A DNA stretch of 64,000 nt from Lytechinus pictus (Eukaryota), in contig NC_087251.1 of the NCBI RefSeq assembly GCF_037042905.1, positions 32,056,001 to 32,120,000 on the forward strand, read 5' to 3'. Shown here piece by piece: positions 42,701 to 54,700 of this stretch (its first letter is position 1; each line of letters starts with the position of its first letter). Below the pieces are notes generated by a model. The model was not told the origin of the DNA. It made no database searches and saw only the letters and a program-made list of their open reading frames with translations. The position numbers and the translations under genes are program-made.

Positions 42701-45700
42701 AGTGCAAGACAGGATTCTAGGTTTTAATTTCCAAAACATTCCATCAATCATATGCCACTAATTCAGTACCTTTGAAACAGTTACAATTGTTTTAATGCAA
42801 TGGAACCCAGATCAGGGCCATTTTTCATAAAGGATTTCTGAATATGGTGACTTAACCTGCCATGATGGTAACTTGACAGGGCTTATTAGCATCCAATCAA
42901 TATAAAACTTTGCATGTTTTTTATTTTCCATGAATTATGATGGCAAAGTTATCATAGATTGTAAGTTTTTATGAAAGATGCCCCTGGGCCCTGTTTTGCA
43001 AGTTTGATTTCACTACCAATCTCTTATATTCTTTTGACGAGTCATTCTCCATCAGTCCAAATCCCTGATTTTAGGAAAGCCTCAGAGCAGTTTCTTTTAC
43101 TTTACTTTCTGTAATGTTCACTTTTATGAAACAGTGTCCTGTAAACTGTAGTCTTTAGCCCCGTTTTAATAGACACTGAGGATGGGTAGAAAAAGTGGGA
43201 TAGAATTCCTCAACGAGTCTTGAGCTTGCGGTAAACCTGCAACATGCAACGAGCTCGATCGATCAGGAATTTTTTAGGCTAGCCTACAACTTTTTTTAGG
43301 AGGGTGTAAAACTAGCCTCACAGCACGTTTTTGCCAAATATCAATTAAAAAATATTCAAAATAGAAATATAAAAGTTTGATTGTTTTGAAAATGAAAATT
43401 GACGGTTAGCAAAAATTTAAATAAAAATTGTTATACTAACAAAACGGCAACAAATTTTCAAACTACCCGATCTCTCTTTTTGACCATGCACTTATAAGGC
43501 ACGCGCTTTGTAGAAGGCATTGCGCAATATCAAGCTTTTCGGACGGACTACACCCTGATCAAGTCTTAACAGAACGTGCACCCAGGTATTAGCGGGGTGG
43601 AGTTGTTTTTCTACCCCGCTTCCACCCTTTTTGGAGCAGGCCAAAATTCAGAAAAATCCTTCCTGACACAATAGGCAGGGGGGGGGGGTTTTCACCCAGC
43701 ATTTATCGGAGTAGGGCAGTCAGAAAAGTGTCTGTTGAGACTACCTGCATGCCATGCATGATGCGCGACTGCAAGGTAACTATTTACGCCACAATTGCTT
43801 ATTATAAGGGTACTTACTTCGCTAAGTTTGTGAATAACCTGAAATCAGAAGTAGTGATAAGCAAACAGGCATGTAAATTGTTCCAAATAATAGCTTGAAT
43901 TACGCATTGTATAGCCTTCGGTAATAATGATATTGACTGGCTTTTTCTTACGGGAAACATCAAATATGTTGCCCTTAAAAGAACTATATTTCCCTCGTCT
44001 AAAGACTTTGGCCAATATGATTCTGTTGCGGGCGACATATTTGAAGTTCCCCTCAAGGCCAGCCAATATTATATAATTATTATACTACAGTGCGTCCCAA
44101 AAAAAACTATACACTTTTGAAATGGCTGCCAAATAAAAAATATAGCACTTTGGGGGAAATAACTCATAGATATGGAAAGCCAATAAAGTCAACTTTCAAA
44201 TGACACCAAAAAGTTGGAAAACTATTCATGCTTGAGCGAGCAATGCCCACTGAAACAAAGGGTATGAAAATTAGGGTGGGCCGGAATTAGCCTTCCAATT
44301 TCTTTCAGGTTTTTTGTTTGGTACTTGCAAAGTTGAGGGTTATTTGGTGAATTAAAGATCAGTTGTGATCAGTTTGTTGTTTTTGAAAATTTAATGCGTT
44401 ATTAAATTGAATTTATTACATTGAAATTTAATGCATGAGTGATCGTGAATTGCAATTTTTAGTGCAGCATTTTGTCTTTATCATGTGGATCTCAACAATG
44501 CGTTTATGAAAGTCAGGAGAAGAGGGGGTAATATGACTTAGGTGGGTGAAGTACGTTGATGGGATAAAGGTCAACAGAATATTTAGCAATCCCTCCCTCC
44601 ATCTCAACCCCCCCCCCCCGCTTCTCTCCTCCTCGGACACTAAGCTCGGCTAGGCTGGGCAGGAATTAGCCTTACAGTTTTTTTGAGTGGTTAGTCCTTG
44701 CGAACTTGCTAAGCTAAATTAATGAGTGAGATAAGTTTTGGTTTCTTAGGCAAATTGCATGAGTTACTAAATTGAAATTTAATGCATGAGTGAACAGGAA
44801 TTAAAGTTTTAGTGTAGCATATTCATCTTGTGGACCTCAGAAGTGTGTTCGTGAGAGTCAGAGTAATGTGATGGTACCTGTTACAAGCAAGAGGGCGAGA
44901 TATGCTAAGACTTGGTTAAAAGGGCATTCCTCTTCTTTTTGTCCTTTTACAAATTAAAAGTCATAATTATGTACCCTCCCCTCTCCACCTCCATTTCCCA
45001 GCCCCCCTCTCTGTCTCACTTCCTGGATTGTAGCCTATTCAAAACTAAGCTGCCAAGTGACCGATGGCTGATGGTCACTTTTTTATTGAATTATTACTAA
45101 GAAATTTAATGATTACGATGATTAAGGAAATAATTTATTGAAAAAAAAACTGAATGTTTGATTGATCACATTGCACATTGAATGAGTTGATTTACTGATA
45201 AATTGTTGATGAAATGATTGAAAGGAAAAAGTTGATGCCCCAATTCAGAATTAATCATTAAATCAACATTCCGCTCTGGACTTCACGCGTACATGACAAT
45301 AGCCATCAGTCTCTCAACAGGAGGGGAGGGCGGGAAAGAGAGAGGGGGTGGGGGCTGAATGTTCTGTTGACCCTTATTCCATCAACCTACTTCTCCCACT
45401 TAAGTCCTATCTCATCCCCTATTCTCCCGACTCCCATCATGAACACACTGCGGAGATCCACATGATAAACTTGAAATGCTGCCCAAAAAGAGATCCAAAT
45501 GATAAAGTTGAAATGCTGCCCCAAAAGTGTAATTTGTGTTCACTCATGCATTAAAGTTCAATTTAATAATTTATGAAATTTGCATAAGCAACCAAAACTG
45601 GTCACGGTTGATCATTAATTTATCACAACGCCCTTAACTTTGCAAGTTCGAAAGGATTTGCCTCTTAAAAACTGACATAAATTGGAAGGCTAATTCCAGC

Positions 45701-48700
45701 CCACCCTAAATTTCATACCCTTTGTTTCAGTGGGCAGTGCTCGCTCAAGCATGAACAGTTTTCCAATTTTTTGGTGTCATTTGAAAGTTGACTTTATTGG
45801 CTTTCTATATATGTAAGTCTTTTTCCCCAAAATGTTATATTTTTTATTTGGCAGCCATTTCAAAAGTGTATAGTTTTTTTTGGGACGCACTGTAGTTTAG
45901 TATTAAGTGATGAGATGCATGATTGTTTGTGCTAATTAGGAGCGATTGAAATATGATTATTTTAAGGCCTAAAGAAACGAAATCATTAGAAGAGGCCTCT
46001 ATCTTTCAAGAGAGAGGTTTACTGAACTCCTTTTTTATTGTCTCGTCTGCATAGCAGAGCGAGACTATAGGCGCCGCTTTTCCGACGGCGGCGTCGTCAA
46101 CATTGAAATCTTAACCAAAGGTTAAGTTTTTTAAATGTCATCATAACTTAGAAAGTATATGGACCTAGTTCATGAAACTTGGACATAAGGGTAATGAAGT
46201 ATTACTGAACATCCTGCCGGAGTTTCAGGTCACATGACCAAGGTCAAAGGTCATTTAGGGTCAATGAACTTAGGCCATGTTGGGGGAATCAATATCGAAA
46301 TCTTAACCAAGGTTAAGTTTTTGAAATGTTATAACTTCAAAAGTATATGGACCTAGTTCATAAAACTTAGACATAAGGGTAATAGTATATCACTGAATAT
46401 CCTGCCTGAGTTTCACGTCACATGATTAAGGTCAAAGGTCACTTAGGGTCAACAAACTTTGACCATGTTGGGGCTATTTGAGGCATTGTCATCATAACTT
46501 TAAAAGTTTATGGATCTAGTTCATGAAACTTGGACATAAGAGTGACCATGTGTTTCTGAATATCATGCGCGAGTTTCAGGTCACATGATCAAGGTCACTT
46601 AGGGTCAATGAACTTTGGCCATATTGGGGGTATTTGAGGAATGGCCATCATATCTTTGAAAGTTTATGGATCTAGTTCATGAAACTTGGACATAAGAGCA
46701 ATTGAGTATCCTTGAACATCTTGTGCTAGATTCAGGTCACATGATCAAGGTCAAAGGTCTTTTAGGGTCAGCAAACTTTGGTAATGTTGGGGGTATTTGT
46801 GGAATTGTCATAACTTTAAAAGTCTATGGATTTAGGTCATGAAACTTGGACATAAGAGCAGTAATGTATCCCTGAATACCCTGTGTGTGTTTCAGGAACA
46901 TGGCCAAGATCAAAGGTCATTTAAAGGTCAATGAACTCTGGCCTTGTTGGGAGTATGTGTTGAATTGGCATCATAACTTAGGAAGTTTATGGTACTTGCT
47001 CATGAAACATCGACATAAGGGTAATCAAGTATGAATGATTGTTTTGCACATGTCTTAGGTCACATGATCATGGTCAAAGATCATTTTGGGTCAATGGACA
47101 TGATATTTTGTTATCATATTAGTGTTTTCTTCTGTGAATAATTATACATTAGCTGTTTTTCAAAGGAAGCACTGCTGCTATATCGAATTGCGTAATGCAG
47201 GCGAGACTGCCAGAGGCGTTCCACTTGTTTAATATTGACGAACTATGTTGGACAATTTGTATTTTTCCCCACAATAAAATGATAATCTCTTGTTTTGATC
47301 GATAGGAAGCATGTGACAGCTAACCTGAATTTATTATTTCTCACGAAAAAGATAAGAATTGAATTTATTTCAAACATCAATTGAACTAAATTTCATTTGA
47401 CTCCATCCTTGCAGCAGTACGAGACAGGATTCTAGGTTTTGACTTCTAAAACATGCCATTAATTTAGTACCTTTGAAACAGTTACATGTACAAAGTTTTT
47501 TAAATCTTAACAAGTTTTATGCAATGATAATAACAACATAATGTTATTATTACCCTTCTCCGATCTAAATGCTGAGCGCCTAGCAAGAAGGCAGAAGGTC
47601 CCATTTTTATAAGTCTTTGGTATGACTCGGCCGAGGATTGAACCAACGACCTCTCGTTCATGAGGCGGACACTCTACCACTGAGCCACCATGCCCGGTTA
47701 AATCCATGTTGAAATATAATTAAATAAATATTGTTGTTTATTAATTATAGTTTAATATTAAAGATGTATGATAGTTGGTACTATTAGATAAGGGCGATTG
47801 AAATGTGATTATTTGAAAGCTTAAAGTAACAAAGTCACTGTTATTCTTTATCTTGAGATCAAGGGACAAGTTCCTGAATTCCTTTTTATTTGATATTGAT
47901 GAACTATGTTGGGCATTTTATATGTGGTTTTCCCCACAATGAAATGATAATCTATTGTTTTGATCGATAGGAAGCACATGACAGAACCTGAACTTATTTT
48001 TTCTCATATGAGAAAGATAATAAGAATTTGATTTATTGGAAAATTAATTAACATCTGGAAAACACAATGAACAAAATTAATTTCATTTGACTCCGTCCTT
48101 GCAGCAGTGCAAGACAGGATTCTAGGTTTTAATTTATAAAACATGTCATCAATCATATGCCACTATTTCAGTACCTTTGAAATAGTTACATATATTTTTT
48201 TAAAATCTTAACATAGTTTTATGCAATGGAACATGGATCAGGGCACCGTTTCATAAAAGACTTGCAACTGTTGTAACTTTGCCATTATAGCAACTGCCAT
48301 GGTAACAGGGCTCATCAGCCAATCAGAATCAAGGTTACCATGGTAGTTGCCATAATGGCAAAGTTACAACAGTTGCAAGTCCTTTATGAAACGGGCCCCA
48401 GGACTTATTTTCATGAAGTATTTCTGATTACAGTGACTCTGCCTTGATTTATAAAACATGCCATCAATCATATGCCACCAATTCAGTATCTTTGAAACCT
48501 TAAACGCAGATGTAGAAAGATATATATATATATATATTAACTATCAAGTAATATGCACTGGAACCTAGATCAGGGCCTATTTAGGATTTCTGATTACGGT
48601 GACTTTGCCTGTCATTATGGTAACTTGACAGGGCTCATCATCCAATCATTATCAAAGTTTGCATGTATGGTATATTTAGAATAGTGTCAAAGTGTCAAAT

Positions 48701-51700
48701 TTGAGTCTGTGCTAAGTTCGTTATAACATTTGTTGGTTAAATTATTACATTTGTGGGTAAAGTGTTGTTACATTTGTGGGCATTATTACATTTGTAGGCA
48801 TTATTACGTTTGTGGGCATTATTACGTTTGTGGGCGTTATTACATTTGTGGGAGTTATTACATTTGTGGGAGTTATTACATTTGTGGGAGTTATTACATT
48901 TGTGGGAGTTATTACATTTGTGGGAGTTATTACATTTGTGGGTGTAACAGCCCCCCCCCCCAACACTCAAACTGCACTAAGATTTCTTTCCTTAGATTTT
49001 TTCAAGAGGGATACTTGAAAAGGGGAAAATTGAATAATGATGATTATAATATATTGAAAAGACAGAAAAGTTTCAAAGATATTATTTTCGTGAAGGAGGT
49101 GGGTGTTCCCCCCACCCCTTGCCCTGTTCATGGCATCACCGAGATCAAGGTGCCTTGTAAGGTCAGTAAAAGATGTTATGTTTACATTGTCAATAAGCAA
49201 TTGAAAAGACCTGGGGATCTGGAACCTTTCGTAGTTGTTATTAGTATAAAGCCCTGATGAATTCTTTCCCCCATCAAAATATATTTTTGATACAGCTCTT
49301 GTGCGTTTCCTTCAATTCACAACCATTACTGATCAAAGTGATTTTGCTGCATTGCATTAGTGTCTACTTTGCAAATATGTTAGAAGTTATCCAGGAAAAT
49401 ATGGAAAATATTAACTTAGTCTGGTGCAAGACTAATATTGGGAATACCCTATGTCGAATGTATTGCGCAATAAGATACGCTTTTGTGTTTTGATTGTCAA
49501 AGACGGGTATTGAACGTTGAATGTATCATTAAGCTTCATCAGATAAATAACTTCGATCAAAGTCTGATGATCCATTATAGAAATAAAGTATTAAATATGG
49601 AATTGGAAATTATGGAATTTTATAAGTATTTAGCATTTGATTTCTCCTTTATTTTAACCCTTCTTCATCTTCCCTCATTATTTCACTGTTCACATTCTTG
49701 TCTAGGTATGGGGATAGTCTAGTGTAATGCAGTACTTTATTGCATTGTTATATGGTATTCATTGTTCTTTTTATCTCTTCTATGAAAAGAGTGGGGGATT
49801 TTTGCTCCATGTACTGCTCTGAATAACAATAGTTTGCAATCAAGTTATTGATGAGCTACGATATTCAACCTGCCCCTTTTTGCTGGGTAAAAATCTATAA
49901 GTAGTTTTGGTTGTTAACCATCATGGAGCTCATGAATTTTATTTCATATTAATTTATCATTTGAAGTGACAATCATATGATACATCAGGAAGAAATTTAG
50001 AATTTATTCTTGTACAATATAAATCAAACATAGGTAGGCCTAAATAAAAAATATCCCTTTGCTGTAAAAAGATCTTCAATTACTACAGGGATATTTTTGA
50101 GCAATGATATGACATATTATATAGAGAAAATTTACATTGGTACCTTGGTTACATTTCTAGAGCAGAGCTGCTAAGTTCAAAGACAAGCCTTGCGTGAGAT
50201 TTTCTTTGACTCAGCAAGAGATTGCAGGCTGTATATGAGATAGGCTGTGATACATACGTGAGAAAGAGGTTTTGGGGATGAGCAAGAGTCACAAAAGTCT
50301 CTCACCTAAAGCACAAGACTTTATATGTATGCTAGAGTATATATTGGTTGTGAATGATATACATGTATTTTAAGGGATAGAATGACGGATGGGGTTGTTA
50401 TGAATGATAGTCATAATTAATACTCTAATGATATGGCTTTGTTCAAACTATTTCAAAAAATTCTTTTGTTAAGACATTCTCCTATTTTCCTGCATCTGAG
50501 TATGTCAAAACCAAGTTGAAATTGTGGACTTTATTAATAATCTTTAATTTTTTAAGATTAGCTTACTAGTAATTGAAAACAAAGTCAATTTTCAAAGCAA
50601 ATTCGCACTGATTGAAGATTTTGTTCTCCAAATTGTTGAGGTCAAAGACAGTATTGATATATTGATATTTCATCAGTGGAAAGCTGATTAAATTTGCTGG
50701 TACCAGACTTTGTAAGAGGCAATATAAATCCCTGTAATATAGATGCATGTTTAGGGATCAACCAATAGATGACGAACCATTCTAATCCAAAACAGATTTT
50801 GGTGATATTTTCAGTATTAACAATTTCCTGTACTTATTAAATTCAACGTTATGTTGTGGTGGACCTGTTCTTTAAATATTTGTAATGAACACAGTATCTT
50901 TACCACTGGAAATGATAGCAAAATGGCGTTGGTGCTTTCTCAACGATCACAAGTAGATATCAACATGCAGTTTTCTTAAATGTTGAGAGTTTCATGTAAG
51001 AATCATGTTACAACCGTTTCAATACGTGGACGGAAATGTTACCAGGAAATGTCTCCCAAAGAATATTGCTGAAAAAATGCCTTAATCAGTTTGGTTGTTT
51101 CCACATTGGATTTTTTTTCTCCTTTTTTTTTTGGGGGGGGGGAGAGTCATCCTCCATTTTCACCTTATTTTACAAAGAGGGATCAAAGTGTAACTCACTG
51201 TGGTTTCTGCTACATGGGTTTCTTTTGACTCAGATTTCTATTCATGATCATTTTTTTGTCACTAATTTTACTATAATCTTGTGAAAACATACATTAAGTT
51301 GTGGTTTTTTACATTGATCTTTTCTGTATTGTAATTCAATATGGATTATTGTGGTCTGTATGAAGTATTACAAATTAATCCATTTGCATTACAAATTGTG
51401 TCCTGTATACATGACTTGTTCTTTTTGACAAATATGATTTTCATGATCAGGTTACATACTCGCCTGGCTTGTGCTGAAATTTTGGGTTTTGTTTAATGTT
51501 AATACAATGTTGTTAGTAAAATTCTAAAAGAAAATATATAACATTAACCAAAAGGCAAAGCAGGTTTTTGTATTTTTTGTGCTTGGGTTTCAGGTAGGCA
51601 AGATGGTGCAAAATTACACTTCAATGTAATTACACAAAATTCAATTTGTTTGTATTTTTTAATATTATGAAGTTTTGGTAAAGGAAATAATCTGTTGTCT

Positions 51701-54700
51701 CACGATGCGGCAAACTGCGATTGCAATTTCAGTTTGCTGCATCGTGAGACAACAGATTATTTCCTTTACCGATTCTATACTACCACGATGATCAACATCT
51801 TCCGTACTATTATGAAGTTTGTTATTTTTATAGTAGATTGGAACTAATAAAAATATGTAGCAGCAATTCATGTGAGAATATGCCTTCCAGATGCGCCTGT
51901 AATATACTTAAAAAATTGGTCAACATCGTAGTTCAATAAAGTTATGTTGTAGATGAACAACTGATAAGTGTACAAGAGGAGTGGGGGAGGGGGGGGGGGG
52001 CAAAGAGAATTTATTCCCAGTCCATCCATCTGTTCTGATCTTGTACATGTAAACATGTTTTGTGTAATTTAACAAGCTACATCTAGGTACCTGATACTAA
52101 CTTCCTGCCTGACAAAACTGGGGAATTCCACTTAGATATTAATAACAAGGTTTATTCATTGCCCCCCCCCCCCCCATATGAAAACTGGAGTTCGTAAACA
52201 AATAAAAAAATGAATAAAAAATGCAATTAGAACTAGATATACATGTCGCATAGAAATGTAATTTTGTATTTGGCTTTGTGCCAATTTGTTAAAAAAATAT
52301 TTGATGAAGTACAAAATCTACTTATCCCGACCACGTGTTATATCAGTGTATAGCAGTAATATATATATTGTTCTGTGATTCAGTCAAGATTTCAGTAATT
52401 TGAATCAGATACAATCCCAAACTATGACACACCATTTTAATCTACATCTTTTATAGTATGCTAACAAATTATTTGATTTAAAAGCCCCTCTGTCAGAAAT
52501 ATTGCTTGATTTTGGACTTTCATAAGATTAGGTATTAATGACCTTTGTAAAAAAAAAGTTTGTATCATTTCATTAGATAAGATAATGTATCAGTGTTGTA
52601 ATTTTCTTTTTGAGGGGGGAGTTGCACATTACTTTTTCTTAGAAATGTTAGCAAGCTATCTACATAAATATACTATAATATTGCAGTCATCTGAAATATA
52701 AATATAATTACCAATTTATAGACATGCCCTGTAAATTCAAGGATATGTTACACATGAAATGAAGCAGGCCAAAAATTATTTTTAAATAAAATTTAGGGGG
52801 ATACTTTTCACAACTGACTGCCTAATTCCGCAACATATGAGTTTTAACATCGCAATGAATGGGGATTTCTCAGGTCTGCTCTTGAATTTCTTGGGCTCTT
52901 TTGAGCATTTCAGGGGCAAAATTGGCCCAAGCCCCCATGTAACCTTTTCCTGAAATAAAGTTAGTTTTTTTTAAAGGACAAGTCCACCCCAACAAAAAGT
53001 TGATTTTGAATAAACAGAGAAAAATCCAACAAGCATAACACTGAAAATTTCATCAAAATCGGATGTAAAATAAGAAAGTTATGACATTTTAAAGTTTCGC
53101 TTATTTCCACAAAACAGTTAAATGCACATCCCGGTCGGTATGCAAATGAGGGGACTGATGATGTCACACACTCACTATTTCTTTTATTCTACTCTAAATA
53201 TGAAATATTCTGATTTTCTCCCCCTTGTCATGTGAAATCGAGTTTTATTCCTCCCTGAACATTTGGAATTAACATTGTTTAACATTATGTGATTCAGTCA
53301 AATTTTACATTATTGTCAATTCTGTAAAATTTGAAATATTGTATAATTCAAAATAAACAAAAGAAACAGTGAGTGATGGACATCATCAACTCTCATTTGC
53401 ATATTACTGAGTTGTGCATATAACTGTTTTGTGAAAAATAAGCGAAACTTTAAAATGTCATAACTTTCTCACTTTACATCCGATTTTGATGAAATTTTCA
53501 GCGTTGTGTTTCTTTGATTTTTCTCTATTGATTCCAATCAACATTTTTCTGGGGTGGACTTGACCTTTGATAATATAATTTGTATTGTGAGTAGCATAAA
53601 TCCTATTGTGCTCACTGATAGTTGTTTTCACTCACATGAGATCAGATACATTAAATAGTTGCACTTTGTAATATTAGAATTATTATTTGATAAGATAAGA
53701 TGATTTCTGAAGTTTCTAATTTGAGGGGAGTTGAACCATAACCTCTTCATGGAAATGATAACATGCTATTCAAATATAGACCAGAATATATTTTAATGGT
53801 TACAAATAGATAAAACTAAATATGGTGTACACTTACATAATTCTGTGAATTTGAAGAATTGTGATTACTGTGAAACAGAAGTGCCTGTTTGATGAATAAA
53901 ATAATATTAATAATCATATTCTTCTCGCTTTACAAAAATTTAAAGGGTCGCTCAAAACTCTGTGTGCTCAGACACCAATTATGTGTCTGCAATTGAATTT
54001 AAAGGGCAAGTCTGCCCCATTATCAAGTTGGTGTAAAAGAAATGAAAAATAACAGAAAATGGTACGAATTCAATTTTTATGAAGTTCTGGTAACATAGTT
54101 TGAAGTGACTCACATATATCAGTATCAATATCTTTTTCTTGCAATAACTGAAGCTGTTGGGAGTTGTAACCATCTGTAGTGTATTCTAGATCTAGCAATG
54201 GCAGCAGTCAAGAAACTGTTTAATTTTTGGTAGGGAAGGATCACCAAACACCAATATGGTTGATTTTTTTGTGTAAACCAATAGTGAGTGAAGCTTAGTA
54301 GTTAATAAGAAAAGGCGTTGTGGCTCAGTGGATAAGTCTCCAGACTTTGAAACACAAGGTCTGGGGTACAAATCTCACCATGACACCCGCGTCCTTTGGC
54401 AAGATGTCTATCTATATTTGCCACTCTGCACCCAGGTTTAGTAATTGGGTACCCAGTAGAAAGAAATTCCTTGAATGCCCCAGCACCTGATCAGGGTAAC
54501 CAGGGTACTAGTATGCAGCGCTTAAAAACATTTTATTTAGCGCTATATTAATGTTGCATGAACATTACGAAGAAAGCTCAAATCACTTAAAGTTTTTTAT
54601 TTTGTGTCATTACATTTACAGATAACTGCTGTTACATGGTCCCCGCCATTTGAAGGACCCCTCTTTGTACCCGAGGTAAATGAAACTGACATTTTGAATT

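Larger units (their letters stand above)
40737..48670 (+). repeat. Local tandem duplication: ~1.75-kb unit (copies A 40737-42487 and B 42488-46019) plus partial copies C and D
   Basis: The unit start ACTGAACTCCTTTTT...GAACTATGTTG recurs at ~40738, 42489, 46021 and 47872; A and B are colinear over their full length. Confidence 0.88.

Noticed and set aside
48730..49257. Cys/Tyr-repeat ORF (YYICGS)n, and a CRISPR-like appearance
   Set aside because: An 18-bp head-to-tail minisatellite without unique spacers, open in several frames.
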